Source of the DNA: Hypanus sabinus
Taxonomy: Eukaryota
Length of the DNA stretch: 64,000 nucleotides
NCBI RefSeq assembly: GCF_030144855.1
Contig: NC_082721.1
Coordinates: forward strand, 43,028,001 to 43,092,000
Reading direction: 5' to 3'
Under the pieces are notes generated by a model. That model was not told the origin of the DNA. It searched no databases and worked only from the letters and a program-made list of their open reading frames with translations. A program made the position numbers and the translations under genes. Positions 12,200 through 23,099 of the stretch are shown in pieces; the first letter of the stretch is position 1; each line of letters starts with the position of its first letter.

Positions 12200-14830
12200 T
12201 TAGTGCCATGATATGATCAGTACTGAGAGGTAAGTCTGGTGGACAAGATATGTACACCTTCTTGGATGAAGTTGACTTAGGTGTGTTCATTTGCTGGGTA
12301 GTCAGTGTCTGGTCCACATAATGTATCCATGTATGAACTTCAAAATCCATTGTGTACATCATGGTCTAGTCCTTCTAGCTATCATACTGGGTGTCCAATT
12401 GTCTTCTCGGTAATCATGCACTAGAATCTCCTGTCCAGCCTTAAAGGTCCTTGCTGATTTACTTGGTAACTGGTTGAATTGTTTATTCTGCACTTCACTC
12501 CAGAGACATGGTCTCATGAGATCTATGCGAGATCTCAGATTCCTGCTCATAGACAGCATTACAGATGTTTGATTTGTCATTGCATGAACAGAGTTCTGAT
12601 ACACAAAAATGTAGTTGTCCACTTTGTACTGTAGAGAATTGTCATCCTTGTCCATAGCTTTAATGGACTTCTTGAAGGTTTGGATAAACTTTTCAGTTAA
12701 CCCAACATGTGAGGAGGTGAGGAGATGATTTGAAAATTTTGATGCCATTTTTCTTCCATGGATATTGTGAACTCTTCTGGCGTGTATTGTGATCCGTTGT
12801 CCCTCACAATTTGTTCTGGTAAGGTATTTCTGGAGAAGATAGAATTCAGAGTGTAGACATTTTGTTCTGATGTGTTTGACCTCATTGGTATGACTTCAGG
12901 CCACTTCATATGAACATCCACAGCAATCAGAAAATGGACTTCCTGAATGGCCCAGCAACATGAACATACACTCTTTGACATGGTGACGATGGTCACTCCT
13001 ACAGGTGTAAAGGTGCCTGTGGTGTATTTTGAAATTTGTTGCATCCCAAAAAGCTGTTGGTCAAGCTTTCAATCTGTCTATCAATTCCTGGCAACCACAT
13101 GTTGTTCTGGGCGAGACTCTTCATTTTGACTGTACCCAAGTGTCTTTCAAGCAGGTTTTCTAACACTTTGGTGTGTAGTTTAGAGGGAAACCACAACACA
13201 AGATCCACACTTCAGGTTTCTTTGACATACAGTCAGTTGGTCTCATGTGACTAAGAATTCTGGAAACAATGGGATTACAAATCTGGCCACCTTTGCATGG
13301 TGATGTCATAGACTTTTCACAATGTCGGGTCATTCCTTGATTCTCCAGGCATTTCAGAATTGGTTACTGGCAGCTGGACCATCAATTCTGTGTGGAATTC
13401 TTCTGCTGCATCACAGAATGAAGACTTTACTTTGTCAGAAGTCAACAGTGGAAAACGTGACAAGCCATCAGCAGTGGTGTGTTGTTTGGTACCCTTGAGC
13501 TCTACGTCATAAGAGTGGGCTCTTAGGAAATGTGTCCAATGTTACAACTGGGTAGCAGATATCCCTGGGATTCCCTTTCTGGGATTGAAAATGCACACAA
13601 GGGGATGGTGGTCTGTCTGTAGATGTCGTGGTGCAATTTCTTTACTCCTCATTCTAGACTAAGAGCTTTTCAGTCAGTCTGTGCATAGTTCCATTTTGCA
13701 ATTGTAAGTGATCTTGAAGCAAGTGGATTCAGACATTCAAATTTATCTTTCATGGTGTGTGACATAATGGTGCAACAAAGGGGATGCATCACACATGACT
13801 GTGATGGACAGAGATGGATCATAATGGGTGAGCAGTTCATCTAATGTTATTAGTCTCTTGCTTCCTTGAATATTCTTTCACATCTTTCTGAGCACTCCCA
13901 CTTTGCTCCTGCCTGCAACAATGCATTCAATGGATGCAATGCCAAAGATGAGACAATTATACTGGGAAAGTTCCTTGTGAGCGTTGATTGTGGAGGAACT
14001 TACTGTTTGACTCCTCAATCTCCATTTGCAGAGAGGCTGGTGGCAAGTCAGTCTCTGAAAAACTCTTCCCACCTGCCAAAGATGAAAAAATGTCTCCTAT
14101 TCGTGGCTGGGGGTACTGCACAGTACACAGCACAGGGTAATTACTCACTTCGTAGTCCCAACATGTGCGAATAATTCTGACCTTCCCTTTCTTGATCACC
14201 AGGACAATGGGCATGGCCCAGTTGCTCCACTCAATTTTGGAGAGAATGCCTGATGCTTCCAAGCTCTGAAGTTTAGCATTTACTTTAGGATATAGTGCAT
14301 AAGCCCCTGGGCATGCTTTATGGAATCCTGATGTTCCTGCTTCATCCAGTTCAATTCTGGGCTTTATGCCTTTGAGTTACCAATACCCTTCTCAAACACC
14401 TCATTGCTTTGAACTACCTGTTGGGCTGCAGTTCCCTGTTGATGACACATTGAAAGCTTTGACTGTGCACCAGTTTATTTGATCTTTCTGAACCATTCAC
14501 ATCCAAAAAGTGCTGGCCCTCCACTTACTAATACATAAAGCTCCCACTGCTGTGTTTGACCTGCATACAACACCTTTATTTTAGTTTACCTTTGGGAGAC
14601 ACTTTTTCACCTGTGTAGCTCGTTCACATCAGCAAAATCTTTTCTAATGGCAGCTTGGAAAACAATCTATTGTAGTCAGCTCCTGAAATTACATACAGTG
14701 CTGACCTTGTATCCATCTCCATTTTTAGCTGAACACCAGAAACAGTTGTTGTGATCCATATGATGTTGCAATCTGCTTCAGGAATGCCACACTGGTCTAG
14801 GCATGACATCTCACCTTTGTCAGGCTCTGT
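12200..14830 (-). mobile_element. Ty3/Gypsy element X, pol part (protease-RT-RNaseH-integrase), decayed
   Basis: Protease KMEMDTRSA, RT WSNWAMPIVLVIKK...FSSLAGGKSFSETDL, integrase IAVDVHMKWPEVIPM...IVRDNGSQYT. Confidence 0.9.
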
Positions 14831-14834
14831 GTAA

Positions 14835-15800
14835 GAAAAAGGAGCAGGTGTAGACCATCTGGCCATCTGGCCATCGAGCCTGCTTCAGCATTCAATAAAA
14901 TCAAGGCTGACATAATTGTGGATTTATCTCCATTTACATGCTATTTTCCCCAAACCCTTAATTCACCTGCTACACAAAAATCTATCCAACCTTGTCTTAA
15001 ATATATGTACTGAGGTAGCCCACACTGCTTTATTGGGCAGAAAATTTTACAGGTACACCACTGTTTGGGAAAAGCAGTTCCTCCTCATTTCCATCCTAAA
15101 TTTACTCCCCCAAATCCTGAGGCTAGGTCCCATAGCTCTCGACTCACCTACAATTTTCTTGCCACTATCTTATCTATTACTTTCATAATTTTATATTTTC
15201 TTATGAGAGCTTCTCTAAACATACTGAATTCCAGTAAGTACAGTCTCAGGTGACTTGACCCAGTCTCTCCTCATAGTCCGCCTCATCAATGGAACCAACC
15301 TGGTGAACTTCCTGTGCACCACTTCCAAACCCTGTACATCCTTCCTCAAGTAAGGAGACCAGAACTGCATGTAGTACTCCACATGTGGCCTCATCAGTAC
15401 CCTGTACAGTTGTAGCATAACCTCCCTATTCTGAATTTCAATCCCTCTAATAATGATGGCCATTATTCTATTTGCCTTCCTGATAGCTTGCTGCACCTGC
15501 AACCAACATTTTGTGATTCATGCACAAGCACTCCCAAGTCCTTCTGCACAGCAGCATGCTGCAATCTGTTATCATTTATATAATCATCTGATCTCCCATT
15601 TTTCCTTACAAAGTAGTTGACGTCACAGTTTCCTGCATTGTACTTCATCTGCCAGATCCTTACTGGTCGCTTAACTTACCTATATCTCTCTGCCGATTCT
15701 CTGTATCCTCTGCACAATTTGCTTTTCTACTAATTTGGTGTCATCAGCAAACTTAGATACACTACGCTCGGTCCCCTCTTCCAGAGCATTAATGTATATC
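14835..15800 (-). mobile_element. CR1 LINE 3' portion (RT C-terminus and tail)
   Basis: IYINALEEGTERSVSKFADDT...QKDLGVLVHESQ...YYMQFWSPYLRKD. It continues upstream at 19285-19765. Confidence 0.9.
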
Positions 15801-16134
15801 GTCTAGAACAGATTCGCATAGAAACAGGGAAAGATGACACACTACAGATGTTGAAACGCGTAATCATCAGCGGATGACCGAGCGAACGTGATGCGCTCCC
15901 AAGAACAACTCACACCTTACTATAGCTATAGGAATGAGCTCGCAGTCAAAGATGGCTTAATCTTCAAAGATGAGCATGTCATCATACCACAAAGCGTGCG
16001 AAAGCAAATGAAGGAAAGAATTCAAAAAGCAGACACGAGGAAATCTGTAGATGCTGGAAATTCAAGCAACACACATAAAATGCTGGTGTTTTATGTTTTA
16101 TAAACCAGGCCAGGCAGCGTCTATAGGGAGAAGC

Positions 16135-16174
16135 ACTGTCAACGTTTTGGGCCGAGACCCTTGGTCAGGACTAA
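16135..16174 (-). ncRNA. Minimal hammerhead-like motif in PLE end (core mutated)
   Basis: uuaguc-CUGACCA-aGGGucucggCCC-AAAA-cguu-gac: stems I and II and the ACGU palindrome are intact; G8 and G12 are substituted. Confidence 0.55.
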
Positions 16175-17623
16175 CTGAAATGAAAGATTGAAAGAGATTT
16201 GAAAGTGGGGGGGGGGGGGGAAATGCGAAATGATAGGAGAAGACCGGAGGGGGTGGGGTGGAGCTGAGAAGTGGTAATTGGCAACAGGGATACAGAGCTG
16301 GAGAAGGGAAAGGATCATGGGACGGGAGGCCTAGGGAGAAAGAAAGAGGGAGCGGAGCACCAGAGGGTGATGGAGAACAGGCAGAGTGATGGGCAGAAAG
16401 AGAGAGAGAAAAAAAGGACAGGGAAAAAAATCTAAATATATCACGAATGGGGGTAAGGAGGAGAGGAGGGGCATTAACGGAAGTTAGAGAAGTCAATGTT
16501 CATGCCATCAGGTTGGAGGCTACTCAGCCGGTATATAAGGTGTTGTTCCTCCAACCTGAGTGTGGCTTCACCTTGACAGTAGAGAAGGCCATGGATAGAT
16601 ATATCATAATGGGAATGGGATGTGGAATTAAAATGTGTGGCCACTGGGAGATCCCGCTTTCTCTGGCAGACAGAGCGTAGGCGTTCAGCGAAAAGGTCTC
16701 CCAGTCTGCGTCGGATCTCATCAATATATAAAAGGCTGGAAGACGTCTTCCTTTTTTAAACAAAGGGGCTTCCCTTTTTCTACCATCAACTCTTCTCTCA
16801 AACGCATATCTCCCATTTCCCGCACATCTGCTCTCACCCCATCCGCCCACCACCCCACTCAGGATAGGGTTCCCTTTGTCCTCACCTACCACCCCACCAG
16901 TCTCCGGGTCCAACGCATAAGTCTCTGTAACTTCCGCCACCTGCAATGGGATCCCACTACCAAACACATCTTTCCCTCCCTCCCTCTTTCTGCTTTACGC
17001 AGAGATTGCTCCTTACACGACTCCCTTGTCCATTCATCCCCCCATCCCCCCACGCCATCCCTTTCCACCGATCTCCCTCCTGGCACTTACCCTTGTAAGC
17101 GGAACAAGTGCTACACCTGCCCTTACACTTCCTCCCTCACCACCATTCAGGGCCCCAGACAGTCCTTCCAGGTGAGGCGACACTTCACCTGTGAGTCGGC
17201 TGGTGTGGTATACTGTGTCCGGTGCTCCCAATGCGGCCTTTTATACATTGGTGAGATCCGACGCAGACTGGGAGACGCAGACACCTACACTCTGTACGCC
17301 AGAGAAAGCAGGATCTCCCACTGGCCACACATTTTAATTCCACGTCCTATTCCCATTCTATCCATGGCCTCCTCTACTGTCAAGGTGAAGCCACACTCAG
17401 GTTGGAGGAACAACACCTTATATACCGGTTGGGTAGCCTCCAACCTGATGGCACCGCATTCCTGATATACTTAGTTTTTTTACCCTGTCCTTTTTTTTCT
17501 CTCTTTCTGCCCATCACCTTTCCAGTTCTTAGCTTCATCCCTCCCCCTCCGGTCTTCTCCTATCATTTCTCATTTTCCCCTTCCCTTCCTACTTTCAAAT
17601 CTCTTACTATCTTTCCTTTCAGA

Positions 17624-17659
17624 TAGTCCTGACGAAGGGACGGCCCGAAACTTCAATAG
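17624..17659 (+). ncRNA. Minimal type-I hammerhead-ribozyme-like motif in PLE end (degenerate)
   Basis: uaguc-CUGACGA-aGGGacggCCC-GAAA-cuuc-aau: catalytic boxes and stem II are intact; stem III and stem I are mutated. Confidence 0.65.
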
Positions 17660-19284
17660 TGCTTCTCCCTATAGATGCTGCCTGGCCTGCTGTGTTCAAC
17701 CAGCATGTTGAAGGAAAGTATTCATTCGTCACACTCGGGCGTAGAAGGATGCCTCAGACGCACACGCGAATGTGTTTTTTGGCCAGGTATGAGCAGCGAC
17801 GTCAAGCAATATATTGCTATATGTGATGTTTGTCGCCCATACGAAATGAGTCAGCAGAAAGAATCGCTTATGAGTCATGAGGTACCTGCTCGGCCGTGGG
17901 GAAAGATAGGTACCGACCTATTTACATTCCAAGGAAAAGAGGACCTCGTCACAGTTGATTACTACAGCAAATTCTTCGAGATAGGTCTTCTCTGCGATAC
18001 GGCCGGCGCAGCCGTTATTCGCAAATTAAAGGTACAATTCGCGAGACGTGCTAGCCCAACACACGTTGTTAGTGATAATGGGCCACAATACACGTCAGCC
18101 GAGTTTCACAGATTTGCACAAGAATGGGATTTTGAGCATTTGTGTAGCAGTCCCGGAAATAACTAAGCGAATGGAACAGCTGAATCAACAGTTAAAACAG
18201 TTAAGCGGATCTTCAAAAAGAGCAACAAATCGCGAACAGATCCCTACTTGGCACTTCTAGACCATCGCAACACACCTTCGCAAGGGCTCAGCACGAGTCC
18301 TGCCCAGCGACTGATGAATCGCCGCACACGCACGCTCCTGCCTACAACAGCCAGTTTACTGGAACCCAGAGGTGTACGCGAACTTGAGCGTATAAAATAA
18401 CGCGTCCAGCAACAGGCCGACAATTACAACAAATCAGCCAAAGACCTTGCCTCAGTCGACCAAGGGGATACCGTGCGCATGTAACCCCTGGTGCAAGGTA
18501 AAATGAATTGGGAGAAAGCAATTGTGTGTCGGCGCCTTGATGAGCGTTCATATGTAGTTCAAACCCCTTCTGTGATCTACCGATATAATCGCACACATCA
18601 ACGAAAGACGGCTGAGGAACCGCCTGAAAAGCTAATCACACATGAACAGGCAAAATCAGGTCAAACAACCGAGATCAATGGCCACAGTGTGCCTACCGTA
18701 TCAAATACACACGGACAAACACTAGCAGAGGCTAATGACACAACACAAACTCTAACACAAAGGTTGAAACATGCAAATAACAAACAAAAGGACTCGGACA
18801 AAACAGTAAAAAGTCGTTCTGGCGCACAGTGAAAAGGCCACAATATCTGGAGGACTTTGTCCCACATTGATTAACTGCATGAACAATTGAACAATAAGTC
18901 TGTGACACTATCTGGCATTTTAATGTCATGTTTATACTCAAAGAAGGACCATGTCCTATTTGAGGTTGTGTAGTTTGAAGTTAAAGTCGAATTTTAGTAT
19001 ATTTTATATTTTGTATATATGTTCATACAAACGTAAATAATGAATGGTATGTAGTTGTGACAGGCATAAGAGATTAATGAATGCTTTGAAAGCTAATTCC
19101 ATGAAAATATACTGGAAAGCAGACTCCAGAGAAATTGAGTTGAATTGTTAATACAATTGTTCATTTTCTTTGTTTTGATAAAAAGGGACATGTTATGATA
19201 TACTTGTACATGCACTCGTGAGCAGATGATTAAAGTTGGTGCGCATGCGCCGTTGTTTTTATCTGAAATATCCGTCTCGAAACA

Positions 19285-19765
19285 CGACCCGTACGGCACA
19301 CCGCTCCCTGATTGCCAACCAGAGAAACACCCATGTATGCCAACTCTCTGCTTTCTATGAGTTAACTAATCCTCTATCCCTGCTAATACATCTGCCCCAA
19401 CTCTATGCATCCTTATCTTATGGTCTTCTATGAGGCACATTATCGAATGCCTTCTGGAAATCCAGGAAAAATAACATCCAACTATTCCCCTCCATCTGCT
19501 GCGCTTGTTATATCATCAAAGAACACCAGTAAGTTTGTCAAACAGGACCTGCCTTTGCTGAATCCATGTTGTGTCCTGCATGATGGATCCATTTCTTTCC
19601 ACATGCCTTGTCATTGCTTCTTTAATGATAGCTTCAAGCATTTTCCCAACTACAGATGTTAAACCAACTGGCCTATAGTTGCCTGCCTTTTGCCTTTATC
19701 CTTTTTTGAACAGTGGCATGACATTCACCTTCTTCCAATCTGCCAGGACCTGCCCAGAGTCCAGT
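19285..19765 (-). mobile_element. CR1 LINE RT 5' portion (same element as 14835-15800)
   Basis: QHG / DFQKAFDNVPH / GCFSGWQ..SGVPYGS motifs, ending just before the YIN motif that starts the other piece. Confidence 0.8.
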
Positions 19766-19769
19766 TGCA

Positions 19770-20520
19770 CATTCAGTCACTTTATGCATTTGTTTGGTTT
19801 TGAGTTTGAAACTTCTCCCTCAGTGTGGTTTATCACTTTAATTGTGCTTTTTGTCTGACGTGCACACTCTCTCTATGTGGCCTTGTCTGTGACACTTGAT
19901 GCAATTTTTTTCTTTGAATCAACAGTCATTTGCATTATGGCAGGATTGCCACATCGATAACATTTTTGCCTTTATGCATCACTCAGGGACATTTTGTGTG
20001 TTTCACATTCTAAAATCTTTTTCTGTAGTTCTGACACGTCCTTTGCTATAGTCTCTAATGATATTGCAATGGTTAATGTCCATTGTAATGTCTCTTTCTG
20101 ACAGTAGTCTCTTTTGAGTACTTTGACTATGCATGCTACTTACATGCCTGTTCCTTAATATATCAGAAAGTCCATGTGTAAAGTCACAATATTGGAAAAG
20201 TTTGCATAGATCTGCAATGTATTCAGAAATGCTTTCAGCATTTGACTGGTTACTTTGTGAAATTCAAATCTTCCTTCTGTTATGCATGGTTTTAGGCTGA
20301 AGTTATTTTGTGAAATTGGAGCAGTTTTGTTGAATGTCTTTCTGGCTGACTTTTCAGGAGTTGCTAAGTTGTGTATGAGACTTTATGTGGTAGCACTCAT
20401 TAAGCTAAGAAGTGTGGAGATTTTCTTTACCTCATCCACATTGTTAGCATTAAAATACAGTACAATGCACTCAAAATATAATATCAGGTCCTGATGAGCA
20501 CTATGAAATTAGTCAACTTG
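19770..20520 (-). mobile_element. Ty3/Gypsy element X, gag part, separated from its pol by nested insertions
   Basis: Minus-strand translation LYFNANNVDEVKKISTLLSLMSATT*SLIHNLATPEK...EGRFEFHK and a zinc-knuckle start KCYRCGN at about 19960. Confidence 0.8.
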
Positions 20521-21502
20521 CCCCACTCAGGCCATCATCATGTTATTTTAATGTTAGCTTTGCCGGTTGTGTGTCTGTCACAGTTGTACTGTGCACTGTT
20601 ACTCACGTGCACTTTTCTAGCTTCTGTTAATGCCTTCATTCTGGAATTATCCTTGTGAACCTGCACTGGATTGTCTCCAATGACAACAATTTCTTTCTGA
20701 GATGTGGGTCTCTAAACTGTTGACAATACTCAAAGTGTGGCCTGATAAGTATCTTATAAAGACTCAGCATTATCTCCTTATTTTTATATTTTCTTACCCT
20801 TGAAATAAATACCAATATTGCATTTGTCTTCTTTACTACCTACTCAACCTGTAAATTAACCTTCTGTTAGTCTTGCATGAGGACTACTAAGTCCCTCTGT
20901 ACCTCTGATGTTTGAATTCTCTCCCCATTTAGATAATATTAGCACTTTTGTTCCTTTTACCAAATGCATTATCATACATTTCCCAACACTGCACTCTATC
21001 TGCTTTGTCTAAGACCTTGTGCACTCAAATTGTTTCCTCAGCACTACCTACCCCACCGCCTATCTTCATATCACCTGCAAACTTTGCCACAAAGTCATCA
21101 ATTCCATTATCTAAATTATTGACACAGAATGAAAAGTATCAGTCCTAATGCCAACGCCTGAGGAATGCCACTAGTCACTGGCAGTCAACCAGAAAAGGCC
21201 CCCTTTATTACCACTCGTTGCCTTCTGTCTGTTAGCCAATCCTCTTTCCATGCCAGTATCTTTCCTGTAATGGCTTCACGGACTTTTTCCTGTTAAGTAA
21301 CCTCAAGTGTGGCACATATCACTGCCTCTCCTTTGTCCACCCTGATTGTTACTTCCTTAAAGAAGTCTAAGATTTTTCAGGGAATATTTCCCTTTACAGA
21401 AACCATGCAACTTTGACTTAGTTCTTTATTAGTCTCCAAGTACCCCAAAACTCATCCTTAGTAATGGACTCCCGACATTTTCCCAACTACTGAGGTTAGG
21501 CT

Positions 21503-22075
21503 GCATACACAAAATGCTGGAGGAACTTAGCAAGCCAGGCAGCAACTATAGAAAAGAGTATAGTTGATGTTTCAGGCTGAGACACTTCATCAGGTCTGGG
21601 GAAAACAAGACGAGGAGTCAGTGTTAGAAGGTGGGGAGAGAGGAGGTGGAAGCACAAGGTGATAGTTGAAATTGGGGGGAGGGTGGTAAGGGGGGAGACG
21701 GAAGTAAAGAGCCGGAAAGTTGATTAGTGAAAGAGATACAGAACTGAAGAAAGGGGAATCTATTAGTAGAGGACAGAAGGCCAAGAAAGAAAGAAAAGAG
21801 GGAGGAGCACCAGAGGGAGGTGATGGGCAGGTAAGGAGATAAGGTGAGAGAGAGAAATGGGAATGAGGTGTGGTGGAGGAGAGCAGGGGGAGGGGCTTTA
21901 CTGGAAGTTCAACAGATTGATGTTCATGCTACCAGGTTGGAGGCTACCCAGGCAGAGTAGAAGGTGTTGCTGCTCTAACCTGAGCGTGGCCTTATTGTTG
22001 AGGAGGCCATGGACTGACATGTTGGAATGGGAATGAGAAGTGGAACTAAAATGGGTGGCCACTGGGAGATCCTAT
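21503..22075 (-). mobile_element. Penelope-like element 3' end
   Basis: Homologous to the 16025-16735 arm (cacaaaatgctgg...ccaggcagc...aggttggaggctac...ccactgggagatc). Confidence 0.85.
21560..21597 (-). ncRNA. Minimal hammerhead-like motif in PLE end (degenerate)
   Basis: CUGAUGA-agugucucagccu-GAAA-cauc: core boxes intact, AUC triplet, stems weakened. Confidence 0.5.
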
Positions 22076-22789
22076 CATTTCCTTTATTTGCCTTTCTCCC
22101 TTCTTAAAAAGTGGAGTGATGCTTGTAATTTTCCAATCCTCTGGAACCGTGCCAGAATCTAGTGATTCTTGAAAGTTCATAACCAATTTATCTGCTATCT
22201 ATTCAGCAACCTCTTACAGTATTCTGGGATTTAGTCCATCTGGTCCATCTGGTCCAGGTGACTTACCCACCTTAAGACCTTTCAATTTGCCTCATACTTT
22301 TTCCTTTGCTCCCTGACACTCACAAACCTCTGGCACATTTTTAGCATCTTGCACAATGAAGACTGATGAAATGTACTTAAGAATTTGATCTTTTTGTCCG
22401 ACATTACTACCGCATAATTTTCCATTGGTCCAATATCAACTCGCACCTCCCTTTTACTCTTTATATAACTGAAACCCTTTTAGGGTCCTGCTTCATAATA
22501 TTGGCTAGTTGCCCTCATATATCATCTTCTCCCTTCTTATGGCTTTTTATTTCCCTTTTGTTGGATTTTAAAAACTTCCCAATCATCCAACTTCCCACTC
22601 ATTTTTCCTACATTATATTCCCTTTCCTTGGCTTTTAAGCCATCTTTTGTTAGCCAGTCTTCTGTGGGATGTATCTATCCTGGGCCTTGTGAACTATTCC
22701 CAGAAACTACAGCCACCTCTGCTCTGCTGTCATCCACTCCAGTACCCTTCTCTAATCTACCTGGGCAAGCCACTCTCTCAAGCCTCTGT

Positions 22790-23050
22790 NNNNNNNNNNN
22801 NNNNNNNNNNNNNNNNNNNNNNNNNNNNNNNNNNNNNNNNNNNNNNNNNNNNNNNNNNNNNNNNNNNNNNNNNNNNNNNNNNNNNNNNNNNNNNNNNNNN
22901 NNNNNNNNNNNNNNNNNNNNNNNNNNNNNNNNNNNNNNNNNNNNNNNNNNNNNNNNNNNNNNNNNNNNNNNNNNNNNNNNNNNNNNNNNNNNNNNNNNNN
23001 NNNNNNNNNNNNNNNNNNNNNNNNNNNNNNNNNNNNNNNNNNNNNNNNNN
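22790..23050. other. Assembly gap (N-run)
   Basis: Run of N. Confidence 0.99.
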
Positions 23051-23099
23051 TTCAGACCAGCAATGTGTGCTGATAACAGAGATTGATTAACTTCACACG

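Larger units (their letters stand above)
16025..17708. mobile_element. Penelope-like element (Neptune-type), head-to-head inverted insertion
   Basis: The plus arm (about 16738-17708) encodes a GIY-YIG region CKRNKCYTC...CESAGVVYCVRCSQCGLLYIGE. The minus arm (16025-about 16735) is the same 3' end inverted. Flanked by a 16-bp duplication: tgaaggaaagaattca (16009-16024) and tgaaggaaagtattca (17709-17724). Confidence 0.92.
15801..19284 (+). mobile_element. Ty3/Gypsy element Y, 5'-truncated (integrase and probable 3' LTR)
   Basis: YRNELAVKDGLIFK...IHSSHSGVEGCLRRTRECVFWPGM...DLFTFQGK..VDYYSKFFE...VSDNGPQY. A purine tract at about 18940 precedes a TG...CA segment at about 18951-19284 (LTR boundaries tentative). 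Confidence 0.85.
20640..22789 (-). mobile_element. CR1 RT fragments interrupted by a Penelope 3' end
   Basis: Typical CR1 RT stretches on both sides of the 21503-22075 insert. Confidence 0.8.

Noticed and set aside
16206-16220. Poly-G run (also at about 44626-44640) as a G-quadruplex element
   Set aside because: These are homopolymers within or next to TE low-complexity sequence and are prone to sequencing error.
19230-19330. CpG-rich patch with an NRF1-like GCGCATGCGC, suggesting a host promoter
   Set aside because: It is explained as the end of the Gypsy Y LTR joined to CR1 RT sequence (GCFSGWQ..SGVPYGS on the minus strand).
20488-20515. CUGAUGA...GAAA...GUC hammerhead-like string
   Set aside because: Stem II and stem I cannot pair, and it lies inside Gypsy gag sequence.
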